Of a stretch of DNA of 64,000 bases, positions 12,082-22,065 are shown piece after piece. This stretch comes from a candidate division FCPU426 bacterium (GTDB lineage Bacteria; Oederibacteriota; Muellerivitia; Muellerivitales; Muellerivitaceae), in contig CAVYSE010000020.1 of the NCBI GenBank assembly GCA_963771075.1, positions 11,385-75,384 on the forward strand. The letters are read 5' to 3'. The position numbers and the translations under genes were made by a program. How positions within the stretch are numbered: position 1 is the first letter of the stretch; every line of letters starts with the position of its first letter. The notes beneath the pieces were generated by a model, which saw nothing but the letters and a program-made list of their open reading frames with translations, made no database searches and had not been told where the DNA came from.

Positions 12082-13272
12082 TTATTTCAATTCGGGGTGT
12101 TCGGTGGTCAGCCTTTGCAGGTTGGAGATGGCCTTTTCGTTGTTGGGGTCTAATTTCAGGGTTTCCACCCAGTTTTTCTTCGCCCCGGCCCAATCATTGG
12201 TACGGTAACAATTGAAACCCAGGTTATAAAATTGATCGGCTTGGGCAACGTTGTCGTTGCCGGACGCGGGTGTTTGGATATTATCCAGTTGTTTTTTCCA
12301 ATCGGATAATTGGGGGTTATCGGGGTCCAGGGTTTTGAGACGGTCAAACGCGGTTTTTGCCTTGGATGCGTTTTTGGCCTTCAGGGCGGATTCAAACTTT
12401 TCCAAGGCGAGTTTCCGGTTGATTTTATCTAGGGAAGAAGTCCAATCCGTTTGATCCGGTTTTAAAACCAGGGCTTTCTTATAAAGGCTCTGGGCTTTGG
12501 CCAAGTCCCCCGAACGCTCAGCCTTTTTTGCCCGTGCGGCTAAATCGTTCGCGGAATCCCCGTTTTGTGATCCCTCTTCTTGACCATTGGAGGGTGTGGC
12601 CGCCGTACTTGCCTGGGATTTCGCTGTTTTATTTTCACCGCCGGCCTGGACCAATTGCCGGAAAGCTTGAACTTGGGGTTGGGCGGGATCCAAATCGACG
12701 GCTTTATTCAAGTAATTTAACGCGGATGCGCGATCGCCATTTGTATAGGCTTGAACCGCTTGGTTGTATAGGCTTTTGACCACACCATTAAAGGAATGGT
12801 CGGGGTTTTCCTGGAAGTCGGGAATGAAAGAATCGGATATTCCATTCGATTCCTTTTTTTCCATTTGGGGAAGAAGGTTCACGACCACCGGTACCTGGTC
12901 CTGGTCGACCTTGACCAGGAGGGTCAAGCGATACCCGTTCTTGAACCCCCTATTTATTTCGGCCGTGAAGCTTTTTTGGTTGGTCAATCCGCCCTTTTGG
13001 ACAACCTCGTTGGTAGTGGCATTTCTCAGGATCCAACCGCATAAAGCCGCATCACTTGAGACCATTAGATTAAATCCGTCTTGGTGGTCACGGACCGTCG
13101 TGTCCAGGTGTGCCCAAACCGCGTCCTGGTGGAACTTGTAGGTCGTGGACATGTTTTGAATGGCGAGAGGCGACGCGGAGGGCGTGGGGTTGGGGGAGGC
13201 ATCGTCGCATTGGCACGGCAAGGGGTTAAATGAAAATAGAAGGGCGCAAAGGTAAAGGAGCCGGAGGGTCAA
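12082..13272 (-). CDS. Secreted or lipoprotein TPR-repeat protein
   Basis: N-terminal signal peptide with Cys (LLFSFNPLPCQC). C-terminal TPR-like repeats. The start overlaps the upstream outer-membrane-protein gene stop by 4 bp (ATGA), which suggests translational coupling. Confidence 0.65.
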   Translation of the reverse strand: MTLRLLYLCALLFSFNPLPCQCDDASPNPTPSASPLAIQNMSTTYKFHQDAVWAHLDTTVRDHQDGFNLMVSSDAALCGWILRNATTNEVVQKGGLTNQKSFTAEINRGFKNGYRLTLLVKVDQDQVPVVVNLLPQMEKKESNGISDSFIPDFQENPDHSFNGVVKSLYNQAVQAYTNGDRASALNYLNKAVDLDPAQPQVQAFRQLVQAGGENKTAKSQASTAATPSNGQEEGSQNGDSANDLAARAKKAERSGDLAKAQSLYKKALVLKPDQTDWTSSLDKINRKLALEKFESALKAKNASKAKTAFDRLKTLDPDNPQLSDWKKQLDNIQTPASGNDNVAQADQFYNLGFNCYRTNDWAGAKKNWVETLKLDPNNEKAISNLQRLTTEHPELK

Positions 13273-14477
13273 AACTCCACCCCGGTGCGAATCAGGAAAG
13301 CGACTTGGTTATAGGACGCTGAGCGCAACCCGGTCCCTGGACCGTTAGTTTCATTCCCGGGCCCAAAGGAACCATTGAAGGGAAGGGCGAGGGCGGAGGG
13401 CGCGAGCCTGTCTAAAGTAAAGTCGTTTTGGTTGTTGGTGGCGTGGATTTCCAGGAATAGCACTTTGAGCCGCATTCGAAGTTTGGCGTATACGGAAACT
13501 TGCGGCTTTTGGGCAAGGGAGGGAATGAAGTTATTGCCGCCCGTAAAGGCATCGTCGAGGGAGTTGCCCATGGGGATTTGCGCTTCCAGGACGAATTGAT
13601 CAATGGACAAGGCTCCCCAGGTCCCGAGTTGTTCTTCTTGTAAACCTAACGCGAGGGCGCTGGTATCACTGAAGTGGGAAGTGTTTTGAACCCCGTATTC
13701 GGCGGTCAAGTCCGTGTTTTGATGCATATCGAGGTCGGCCGAAAGGGAGGCGGAAGGGCCTCCGTTGAATGAGGAATAATCGAAGAAATCGGTGGCGGTA
13801 CCGCCCACATTCGCTTTTAAGGTCAAGTCCAAGTCGTTGGAATCGATCCGGCACCGAAGCTGGCCCAGGCTATAGGCCTGGGTGGTATCTTCCTGCACCT
13901 GTTGGGCAGAGAAAAGGCTTGGGGTATAGAAGAAGCTTAGCGCCAAGGGCGACGAACCCTGGCCCTGGGTGTTTTTTGAATCTCCAAAGCCGAAAAATAG
14001 CGAGATCGGTATCGTCGCCCAAACCCCGTCCACGCGGTGGATGCCCATGATGGGATAGGCTCCAAAAAAAGCGTTGTTGGTCAAGGTTTGAAAGAGGTCA
14101 AAACGGCCCACCGAAACCTGGAACGAGGGGTCCAGGTAAGAGATTTTCGCCAATCGAAGGTCGACTTCGGAGGCTGAATCGGAAGTTGAAAGGCTTTTCC
14201 TAAAGCGGATCAAGCCATCTGCTGATACGGAATTCTCGTCCAATGAACGCTTGGCGGAAAGGTCGAACATGGAAAAGGCTTGGCCTTGCAGATCGGCGTC
14301 CTGCTGGAAATCCGCTTGGAGAAGAAATTTGATTTCGCGGGAGCTTTCACTGACTGGGGGCGGGGCCACCCATTTATTTTCTTGTCCCGTTTCTAAAAAC
14401 GAATTTTGGGAAAACGTTTCTTCGGCCAGCAGGAGAGTTGGAAGACAGAATAATATAAAGAAAGTTCTGATTTTCAT
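13269..14477 (-). CDS. Outer-membrane beta-barrel protein (family unassigned)
   Basis: Signal peptide MKIRTFFILFCLPTLLLA. Amphipathic alternating beta-strand pattern throughout. C-terminal residue Phe (..RTGVEF), typical of an outer-membrane-protein barrel. Confidence 0.6.
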   Translation of the reverse strand: MKIRTFFILFCLPTLLLAEETFSQNSFLETGQENKWVAPPPVSESSREIKFLLQADFQQDADLQGQAFSMFDLSAKRSLDENSVSADGLIRFRKSLSTSDSASEVDLRLAKISYLDPSFQVSVGRFDLFQTLTNNAFFGAYPIMGIHRVDGVWATIPISLFFGFGDSKNTQGQGSSPLALSFFYTPSLFSAQQVQEDTTQAYSLGQLRCRIDSNDLDLTLKANVGGTATDFFDYSSFNGGPSASLSADLDMHQNTDLTAEYGVQNTSHFSDTSALALGLQEEQLGTWGALSIDQFVLEAQIPMGNSLDDAFTGGNNFIPSLAQKPQVSVYAKLRMRLKVLFLEIHATNNQNDFTLDRLAPSALALPFNGSFGPGNETNGPGTGLRSASYNQVAFLIRTGVEF

Positions 14478-14593
14478 TTGACACCTGATATGACTAAAAA
14501 ATGTTGCTATTTTTTTGTTTAAAAAAATGCTGTTTTATTGTACATTTTTTAAAGTTGTTGGAAACAAAATTTTTACAATATTTGGGGCGGGAT

Positions 14594-15712
14594 ATGAAGA
14601 AGTGGCGGGTGGTTGAAACTACGGCGTTCCTAATTGCCGTTTTGGCTTTGCTTTGGGGAGGGCAAGGCGGCTGCAAGAAAAGCAATTCACCTTTTGGCGT
14701 CAACGCGCCCCAGGGGTTGGATGTGCCTACGCCTACTCCGACACCTATTTCGGGCGCCATAGAAGTTTTTGTTCAGGATAATTTTGTTGCCATGCAGGGT
14801 GTCACCGTATTTATCATCAACCCTTCGGGTGTAACCTTTGGCCCGTCTTTAACCCAACCTACTGTTGGGATGGCCCCTATTAATCCTCCTAATGTTCAGC
14901 CCGGCGTTTGGACTGCTTTTTTACCAACCCAGGGGGTTAGTTTTATGGTTGGTTTAAATAATAACCTGGAACCATATCAGCGTTATTATTACAACTCTAC
15001 TCAGACATTTAATGTTTCGCCTTCTGGTCAAGGATCGGTTTCTTTTCTTTCAACAGGGAATAACAGTGTTTCTTTGTCACCGGTTTCTCAGATTTATCCT
15101 TATGCCTATCCTTACGACATACCTTTAACAGCGACTTATATTAATAATGGAAATATTAATGTTCCCGTTTCAGTGAGTTGCGCTGGTTTGCCGGTAGGAA
15201 TGAATAGTTCGCCAACTAGTTTTATTTTAGGTGAAGGAGTAACAGTTCAACCGATTAATATTGTTAAAACTGCTTGTTATTCTTCTGATTTGCCCTTCTC
15301 TGTTAATGTTGTTGATTTTATGAACAGGTCGGTTTCTTCTTCTGCTACGACTCTATATCACGATTATTCTGTTCCTGTTTCCATTTACTACTACTACAAC
15401 CCAGGCGGCGGCTGTTCATCTTATGACCCCTGTACCGGTGCTGGCGCCTGTTATTGTTATAACTTTGGGATTCAACCCTCGAATGATTGTGGGGTTACGT
15501 GGACTTATTCGATGGATACAGGTTGTGGTAATTCCGGTAAAGGGACAATAACCTCAGGATCAAGCGGGGAAGTATCCTATTGTCTTAAATCTGGGTGGTT
15601 TGTCTGTTTCACCATTACCGAACCCTTTTCCTCAACTTCTTTTCAAGCGTGTGGAACTCTCAATAGTACGGGGTCAATCACTAATTTGATGGTCACTAAT
15701 TACACGAATTAG
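14594..15712 (+). CDS. Lipoprotein with Cys-rich C-terminal region (unknown function); first gene of the low-GC island
   Basis: ATG at 14594 gives MKKWRVVETTAFLIAVLALLWGGQGGC (lipobox-like). The track ORF starts earlier at an unlikely alternative start. Markedly lower GC than flanks. C-terminal CYCYNFGIQPSNDCGVTW...GCGNSGKG cysteine cluster. Confidence 0.6.
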   Translation: MKKWRVVETTAFLIAVLALLWGGQGGCKKSNSPFGVNAPQGLDVPTPTPTPISGAIEVFVQDNFVAMQGVTVFIINPSGVTFGPSLTQPTVGMAPINPPNVQPGVWTAFLPTQGVSFMVGLNNNLEPYQRYYYNSTQTFNVSPSGQGSVSFLSTGNNSVSLSPVSQIYPYAYPYDIPLTATYINNGNINVPVSVSCAGLPVGMNSSPTSFILGEGVTVQPINIVKTACYSSDLPFSVNVVDFMNRSVSSSATTLYHDYSVPVSIYYYYNPGGGCSSYDPCTGAGACYCYNFGIQPSNDCGVTWTYSMDTGCGNSGKGTITSGSSGEVSYCLKSGWFVCFTITEPFSSTSFQACGTLNSTGSITNLMVTNYTN

Positions 15713-15725
15713 AAAGGAAACTTTT

Positions 15726-16477
15726 ATGTTTTCTGCTCGTTTGGTTTTGTTGGTTTTGATTATTGGAGTTTTACCTGCTTGTACTGGTAAAACAGGACCT
15801 GCTGGTCCTAATGGTTCAAACGGCACATCGGCGCCGAATACATTTGAGGCCATGTTCCAAAACGGTGTTTTCCCTTCGACTTCCTATACAGGTGAACTTG
15901 ACACTTGGGTGAACGGTGGTGCGCCAGGGCAAACGAAATCGCTTCGCCTTATCTTGAACTTAATACAGGTTCGGCCTATTCAGATTATTCAAGAATCTTG
16001 ATACGTTTTAATGTTTCTACGCTTCCGTTAAACGCTTCAATTGTTTCTGCTGAATTGTTACTTACAACGGAAACCCAAACAACTGTTAGTTCAAGCCCTA
16101 TTACCATTGGTTTGCATAATTTAGCAAATGATACCTTTTCGGCCTGTAATTGGCTATTTAATGCTAATTGGGGAGGGTGGAGCGGTAGTCAGAGTTGGAA
16201 TTTATGTACAGGGGATACCACTCCGCAACAGGAGGGATATATAAACCCAACCACGATCAGCACCGTTGTTTTCACATCCGCCAACAATTCCAAATCCCAA
16301 GTATTCAAGTGGAGCATCGACCCGACCATTGTTCAGGCCTGGGTGGCGGGTACTTACAACAACGGGTTAATTCTTAAGTCAGAGGGTGAGTTTGGCGAAC
16401 CGACTTCGGCGGTGGATTTCTACCCCTACACGGATACAACGGGCAAAGCGGCGCAACTCATTGTTGAATATCAATAA
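15726..16477 (+). CDS. Lipoprotein with collagen-like GPAGPNG stretch and DNRLRE-like domain. Frameshifted, joining ORFs 15726..16001 and 15905..16477.
   Basis: Lipoprotein signal (VLPAC). DTWVNGGAPGQ...YLELNTGSAYSDYSRILIRFNVSTLPLNASIVSAELLLT resembles the DNRLRE secreted-protein domain. The frame changes 0 to 2 near 15925-15935 at an A3 run, consistent with one missing A. Confidence 0.5.
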
Positions 16478-16492
16478 ACTAAAAGGTTAAAA

Positions 16493-16951
16493 ATGAAAAA
16501 ATTACTCAGCCTCATTCTCTTGGTGATGTTCCTGATGCCAATCGTTTCGCATGCGGAATCGTCCATTCGAGTGTTGGTAACTATTCGTGATGACAGCGAT
16601 TCGGCGAGTCAGTTTAAAAGTTTGATTATGGAACGGTTAACCGACATGAAAGATATTAGTGTCATGAATGACCCGAAAACCCAGACCGAAGATATGGAAC
16701 TGAAAATGGTATTGCTGGAACAGAAGAATGACAATGGCGATATCATCGGGTTCACCCTATCGATCGATACTTACAAAAACTGCAAATTTAACATACTGGA
16801 AATCATGACCGCCGATAATATCGACCGTTTAGGAAACATGGTTCTGGATTATTTGAAGACCAAAATATTTAAACCCTACCTGGATAATAAATTGTGGATT
16901 GACCCGAGTTTGAAGCCGAAACCCGCTGATGATAACGATATCAACCCTTGA
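16493..16951 (+). CDS. Small secreted protein, unknown function (low-GC island)
   Basis: Signal peptide MKKLLSLILLVMFLMPIVSHA. Charged, low-GC coding region. No recognisable domain. Confidence 0.6.
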   Translation: MKKLLSLILLVMFLMPIVSHAESSIRVLVTIRDDSDSASQFKSLIMERLTDMKDISVMNDPKTQTEDMELKMVLLEQKNDNGDIIGFTLSIDTYKNCKFNILEIMTADNIDRLGNMVLDYLKTKIFKPYLDNKLWIDPSLKPKPADDNDINP

Positions 16952-16978
16952 TTTTTAATAAACAGGCAGGAGGATCAA

Positions 16979-17428
16979 ATGCTTTTTGACCTATTCAAGA
17001 AAAAAGAAGAAATCGGCAATCAAGTCGAAATCGACGGTTTTTTTAAAAGCCTCGGCGATTCAACGAGCCCCCAAAGGTTCGATAAGGCGGCGGAAGCCTT
17101 CCGCGCATCCCTTCAAGTTGTCCTGAAAGAATCGGCGGACAACGCCCGGGAAGTCGTCATTGATTTCATGAATTTTCTCAGTGACGACGGCTTAATCCAG
17201 AACTCTGATACCCCCGCTTGGGAAGTGCCCTATGGATGCCGGGTAGAAGGTTTCAAACGCTTGATGGCCAAAGATTGGGCCGGTCTCTCAAAGAAGTTCA
17301 GCGAACCCGGTGCGGTGCAAAAGGTCCTTTCGGATAGCCTGGAACAGGACTTCCCATTATCCAAACAGGCCCAGGCTTTTTTTGGCCTCAAGAAAGACCG
17401 GGACCCTTTGGATTCATTTCCGGGCTAA
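16979..17428 (+). CDS. Hypothetical cytoplasmic protein (low-GC island)
   Basis: No signal peptide. GGAGG-like ribosome-binding site (caggaggatcaaATG). Same strand and tight spacing with the three upstream genes. Confidence 0.55.
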   Translation: MLFDLFKKKEEIGNQVEIDGFFKSLGDSTSPQRFDKAAEAFRASLQVVLKESADNAREVVIDFMNFLSDDGLIQNSDTPAWEVPYGCRVEGFKRLMAKDWAGLSKKFSEPGAVQKVLSDSLEQDFPLSKQAQAFFGLKKDRDPLDSFPG

Positions 17429-17443
17429 GCGGCCCGAAGCCCC

Positions 17444-18619
17444 TCAACGGACCAGCAGGACCTTCTTCATTTTGTGGTCGAGCGGTTCCACCAAATAAAT
17501 CAGGTAAATCCCGCTGGCGCAGGGGTTGTTGGCGTAGTTGGTGCCGTTCCAGGGGGGGCCGGCATAGGTGATGGGCTGGTTCGCGGTTTGATTGGGTACG
17601 AGTGCCTTGATGAATTCACCGGCGGTGTTGTAGATCTTCAACGAATAAGGCCCGGGGAACTGGGAATAGCCCACGAAAATTGAAAGCGGCCCCTGCGCGG
17701 GTCTGAAAACATTCTGGCTGACATAAAAGTTGTCCTCATAAGGTATGGTCGCCGTCGGGGTCAAGGTGACGGTCGGCGACAAGGTGATGGTGGGCGTCAG
17801 GGTGACCGTCGGCGTGATCGTGATGGTGGGAGTTGAAGTGGGGGTTAGGGTTTGGGTGGGGGATGGGGTGGTTGTTGGGGTGAGTGTCGAGGTGGGGCTA
17901 TCGGTGGCAGTCCAGCTGGCCGTCGGTGTCACCGTAAAGGTCGGGGTGGGGGTTGGGGTCAAGGTTTGGGTCGGTGTGATGGTGGGTGTGATGCAGGGGG
18001 GGACATAGACCAATTCATAATTGGCCCCCGTCGATCCGACTTCCCCATCCGTCGCCGCGAAGTCCAGCAGGTTCGTCCCCCCGATGTTCAAGTCCGCCGC
18101 CGGCACATTGACGGGGGTATTGAGCGAACCGGGGCCTGTCACACAACCTCCCGCCCAAGCCGATCCGCAGGTAGTGATCTCATTCCCGTTGAGGGTGACC
18201 GCCGCGAAATCATCCGCCTGGTAATAGAAGATAAACGACCCCGTACTCATCCAGGAGGGGATGGTGAAGGTCTGGTAGATGTGGTAAGTCCAAGGCGCGG
18301 TCGGTTCGGGTGAATCCGCGGAGTTGTCGAAGCTGATCCAGTTAGAACCGGGATAGGGGGGCGGCTCCGGGTTATCCGTGACGACCACCGCTGGCATGGG
18401 GCTGGGAAAGACGGTGCCCGACGAATAGATATAATCCGCCCCGTTGCCGCTGTAGAAAACCAGCTGGGACGAACAGGAGGGGACCTGCGTTTCGGTTGGA
18501 AAGGGAGTCGCCGTAAAAGTGGGGATTTGGGCTTGGGAAGGCAATGCCGTTAGGCTCAGGAGACCCAGGGCCAGGCAAGTGCCAAAGAATAGGTGTTTTT
18601 TCCTAATACCTGAAGCCAA
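17444..18619 (-). CDS. Secreted protein with long Pro/Thr linker and T9SS-type C-terminal sorting domain
   Basis: Signal peptide. ~80 aa of TPT/TLTPT linker. C-terminus YSLKIYNTAGEFIKAL...WNGTNYANNPCASGIYLIYL...KMKKVLLVR matches the Por_Secre_tail pattern (IYD.G..V...WDG....G..VASGVYFY...KKMLLLK). Confidence 0.75.
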   Translation of the reverse strand: MASGIRKKHLFFGTCLALGLLSLTALPSQAQIPTFTATPFPTETQVPSCSSQLVFYSGNGADYIYSSGTVFPSPMPAVVVTDNPEPPPYPGSNWISFDNSADSPEPTAPWTYHIYQTFTIPSWMSTGSFIFYYQADDFAAVTLNGNEITTCGSAWAGGCVTGPGSLNTPVNVPAADLNIGGTNLLDFAATDGEVGSTGANYELVYVPPCITPTITPTQTLTPTPTPTFTVTPTASWTATDSPTSTLTPTTTPSPTQTLTPTSTPTITITPTVTLTPTITLSPTVTLTPTATIPYEDNFYVSQNVFRPAQGPLSIFVGYSQFPGPYSLKIYNTAGEFIKALVPNQTANQPITYAGPPWNGTNYANNPCASGIYLIYLVEPLDHKMKKVLLVR

Positions 18620-18789
18620 GATTCATACTCCTCGCCAAGATGGCGATATTTTACCAGAACCTGTGCCTTTCAATCGCAAGTTCGAAGGGTGTCATGTTGT
18701 AAGCCAAGTAGTTTAACTGAAATACTTTTGTTTTTTACGCGTGTTAATAAGAGAAGTTAGGCTTTTAGGGTGGGCGCCCTGGTAAAAGG

Positions 18790-19440
18790 CTAATTGATCC
18801 GGTTGATGAAATTCATGACAGCGGCCTCGCTCACGAAGCCCGTCATCTGGGTGGCGGGCCCATTGTCTGGATATTGGACCACCAAGGTGGGGAAGCCGGT
18901 CACGTGGTATTTGGCCTGCAGGTCGGCGACCTCCGGCGGGTTCTGGCCCTGTTCCTGTTTCGCGTCCCACACCGCCACCGGCACATAATTTTCGTTGATC
19001 TTCGAGGCGTCCTGGGTGTTCTCGAAAACATTCTCCCTCATGCGTTTGCAGTAACCGCACCAATGGGCCGTAAAGGCGTAGAGGATCGGTTTCCGGCTCT
19101 GTTGGGACAAAGCCTGCCCCTGGGCGGGTTGTTGCCAGTCAATCGTGCCGCTTCCTAAGGAGCTTCCTCCAAAGGCCTTGGAAATCAAACATAATGGGAA
19201 CATTTGTCCGTGGTAACAGGCGGCCAGTATGTCGGTGAAAAGAAAACCCGACAGGCCCAGTGCCAAAAGAACCCTGCCAGCTTTCTTTTTGAACTCCGGG
19301 ATGCCCCAAATTATCGAGAAGCAGGCCGGGAGCAAACCCACTAGCGGTATTAGGGAAGCGGCTCCCACGGCGAAATGCCATTTTCCGATGGGGTTTCGGG
19401 GCGCTTGGTTACTTTTCCTGCGAACTTTGCGAGGTGTCAT
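18790..19440 (-). CDS. Membrane-anchored thioredoxin-fold protein (thiol:disulfide oxidoreductase-like)
   Basis: Two N-terminal hydrophobic segments followed by a WCGYCK active-site motif (thioredoxin CxxC) and a thioredoxin-like C-terminal fold signature (GFPTLVV). Confidence 0.75.
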   Translation of the reverse strand: MTPRKVRRKSNQAPRNPIGKWHFAVGAASLIPLVGLLPACFSIIWGIPEFKKKAGRVLLALGLSGFLFTDILAACYHGQMFPLCLISKAFGGSSLGSGTIDWQQPAQGQALSQQSRKPILYAFTAHWCGYCKRMRENVFENTQDASKINENYVPVAVWDAKQEQGQNPPEVADLQAKYHVTGFPTLVVQYPDNGPATQMTGFVSEAAVMNFINRIN

Positions 19441-19671
19441 GGGCGTATTTTACGTGGAATTAGTTCGGGGACCAGCCCCCTCAAGAAAATATAAAGAGAA
19501 CCCCTCGGCCTTGACCGCGAAGCCAAGGATCACTTTGGAACTGCCCCCCCAAGTTCTATGACAAAACACTTGTTTTCCAGCGTCCCCCTCCCGAAAAACG
19601 ATTTAGGAACGCCGATCAAAGTTTTGACATGGGCCATTTCTTGGCGAGTAGCCCTTCCGAAGGATGGCCGA

Positions 19672-19956
19672 TATGGTGGTAAAAGGTTACCAGGAACATG
19701 TTCCAATCCATTCCGCCTTGGGTGTCATGGATCGTCGCGGCTGAGAATTAAAATCAATCGGACGAATTATTTTGAAATTTACATTCCCGCCTCCGCAAGC
19801 TTGATAGTATCATTCATCAGGTTTAACGCCCCTTTTTGAAATTGAGGGGAAAGAAAAATAAAAAAATTAGGGGAGCCGCCATGAAGCATCAAGGGTGGAC
19901 TTTATTTCTCGTGTTGGTATTAGGCCAAGCCTTGGTCCTGTCCCACCTGGCCTGCG
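19672..19956 (+). repeat. Copy A of a duplicated ~285 bp leader plus signal-peptide segment (pairs with 22066..22345)
   Basis: Direct comparison: ...AAAGGTTACCAGGAACAT...GGGTGTCATGGATCGTCGCGGCTGA[G/A]AATTAAAATCAATCGG...TTGAAATTTACATTCCCGCCTC...TTGATAGTATCATTCAT...TTGAAATTGAGGGGA...ATGAAGCATCAAGGGTGGACTTTATTTCTCGTG... Confidence 0.8.
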
Positions 19957-21974
19957 GGAACGGCAATACCCCCACCAGCGCCCCCGCACCCGTGACGGTC
20001 GTTCAACTGGTGACGGCCACACCCACCCCCACAACTTCAGGCACTGCCCTATTCACGGCTACCTCCACAAAAACGATCACTTTAAGCCCCACCGTCACCA
20101 ATTCCCTTACGATTACCTTCACGCCCACCATCACGGGAACCTTCACCCAAACGAACACTCCCACGGTAACGAATACCCCCACCGCGACCTCGACTCCCAT
20201 GATCCTGTCGGTGGCAACCGTCCTCGGCACACCCGCGGACTCGACGCAGGCCCCCGGGGCGCAGAATGTGCCCATGATGCAGTTCAGCGTTAACAATCCC
20301 GGACCTGCCCCGGTGACCCTTTACGGATTTATTTTTCAATCCGTGGATTCAAGCAATGGGTCGCAAATATCGGGGGTCGCCCTTTTGAATTCCCAGGGAA
20401 CCCTGTTGGATAGCCGGGATTACAATTCGGGCTATGTGACGTTGGGAGGCGCTCCGCTAACGATCCTCGCAGGCGGTTCGGCTACTTTTGTGACGAATTA
20501 TAATTTTCAGGCGACGGCGGCGACCGGGGAATACAGCATGTCCCTGATGGGCATCAAGGGCCGGGATGACACCGGGCAGCTGGTCCAGGTCACAGGGGTT
20601 CCCGTGAGGGGCGCCCTGATCACGGTCGCGCAGTCGACCTTGGTCCCGACCAATAGCCCGACCAATAGCTTCACCTTCACTCCAACCTATACGGGAACCA
20701 TCACCCCGACGATCACCATGACCCCTCCCTTTACGGCGACTCCCACCCCGACTTCGACCCCCTACCTTTTGTCGGTGGCGACCCTCGCGGGTACGCCCTC
20801 GGCTTCGTTACAGATTCCCGGGGTGCAGAACGTGGCGGTGATGCAGTTGAGTGTGAACAACGCTGGATCAGCCCCAGTTACCTTATACGGATTGGTATTA
20901 CAGGCGGTCGATTCCACCTATGGGTCACAGATCGAGGCGGTGGATCTTTTAAACGCCCAAGGCGCCTTATTGGATAGCAAGCCGTTTGGCAATTCGGGTT
21001 ATGTGACCTTGGGAGGCGCACCCCTGACAGTGCCGGGGTCTGGCGCGGTGACCTTCGGGGTGAATTATGACTTTCAGGCGTCGGCCGGGAATGGAACCTA
21101 CACGGTGGGTTTGACGGGTTTGCGGGGAGTCGATGACACCGGCCAACCGGTACAGGTATCGGGGATTCCGGTGACGGGCGCGGCCATCTCGATCGCCCAA
21201 CCAACGGTGACTCAAACGGTCACCCCGACCAGCAGTCCCACCATCACCTTTACGCCCGCCAATACCTCCACGCCTTCTTGTCCAAGTGGGGAGTACAATT
21301 GCGGGGGCCAGTGCGTCAATTTTCAAACCGACAACAATAATTGCGGGGCCTGTGGGTTTGCCTGCGCCGCTGGACAAGTTTGTTCGGGCGGTTCTTGCCA
21401 ATTAAGCTGTGAGACCGGCGAGACGAATTGTTCCGGGCAGTGCGTCAACCTTCAAACGAGCGACCAAAACTGCGGGACCTGTGGACATGCCTGCGCCGCT
21501 GGACAAGTATGTTCGGGTGGTACTTGCGCCATTAGTTGTCAAAGTGGCTTAACGAATTGTTCGGGGGAGTGCACCAACCTGCAAACCGACAACAGCAACT
21601 GCGGAGCCTGCGCTCACCCATGCGCGGCCGGGCAAATATGTTCGGGCGGTTCTTGCCAATTAAGTTGCGAGAACGGAGAAACCGCTTGTTCCGGGCAGTG
21701 CGTCAACCTTCAAACGAGCAACCAAAACTGCGGGGCGTGTGGGGTTGCCTGCGCCTCTGGACAAGTATGTTCGAGCGGGAAATGCACAATTACCTGTCCT
21801 TCGGGCGAAACCGCATGCCCTTCTTCTAGCCCGACCGGTTGTTTCAATCTCTCCAATGATGTCAACAACTGCGGGTCGTGCGGGCATGTGTGCGCTCCCG
21901 GCCTGGATTGTGTTGGCAGTAGTTGCGTCAATACGGTGCCAACCGTAACACCGACCCCGACCGCCACGCCCTGA
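19881..21974 (+). CDS. Lipoprotein: two copies of a ~170 aa domain, Pro/Thr linkers, then seven tandem ~30 aa cysteine-rich repeats (C..G.T.C.G.C.NLQTD..NCG.CG..CA.GQ.CS.G.C)
   Basis: ATG at 19881 after an AGGGGAG ribosome-binding site. MKHQGWTLFLVLVLGQALVLSHLACG lipobox. Internal duplication (LSVATVLGTPADSTQAPGAQNVPMMQFSVNNPG... twice). Seven CxxC-type repeats at 21290-21960. Confidence 0.8.
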   Translation: MKHQGWTLFLVLVLGQALVLSHLACGNGNTPTSAPAPVTVVQLVTATPTPTTSGTALFTATSTKTITLSPTVTNSLTITFTPTITGTFTQTNTPTVTNTPTATSTPMILSVATVLGTPADSTQAPGAQNVPMMQFSVNNPGPAPVTLYGFIFQSVDSSNGSQISGVALLNSQGTLLDSRDYNSGYVTLGGAPLTILAGGSATFVTNYNFQATAATGEYSMSLMGIKGRDDTGQLVQVTGVPVRGALITVAQSTLVPTNSPTNSFTFTPTYTGTITPTITMTPPFTATPTPTSTPYLLSVATLAGTPSASLQIPGVQNVAVMQLSVNNAGSAPVTLYGLVLQAVDSTYGSQIEAVDLLNAQGALLDSKPFGNSGYVTLGGAPLTVPGSGAVTFGVNYDFQASAGNGTYTVGLTGLRGVDDTGQPVQVSGIPVTGAAISIAQPTVTQTVTPTSSPTITFTPANTSTPSCPSGEYNCGGQCVNFQTDNNNCGACGFACAAGQVCSGGSCQLSCETGETNCSGQCVNLQTSDQNCGTCGHACAAGQVCSGGTCAISCQSGLTNCSGECTNLQTDNSNCGACAHPCAAGQICSGGSCQLSCENGETACSGQCVNLQTSNQNCGACGVACASGQVCSSGKCTITCPSGETACPSSSPTGCFNLSNDVNNCGSCGHVCAPGLDCVGSSCVNTVPTVTPTPTATP

Positions 21975-21997
21975 CGGGAACTACGTCCAGAGTAAGC

Positions 21998-22018
21998 CCT
22001 CCCCCGACGGGGGAGGGA
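21998..22018 (+). terminator. Perfect 9 bp GC hairpin (CCCTCCCCC-gac-GGGGGAGGG) 24 nt after the lipoprotein stop; possible terminator lacking a U-tract
   Basis: Read directly from the sequence. No T-run follows, so intrinsic-terminator function is uncertain. Confidence 0.3.
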
Positions 22019-22065
22019 AGTGCCGGTTATCCAATCATCCACCGGTGTGAGACGGCTAAAACCAT

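Noticed and set aside
15726-16477. Two overlapping genes 15726..16001 and 15905..16477
   Set aside because: The DNRLRE-like domain spans the overlap. A single missing A in an A-run merges them.
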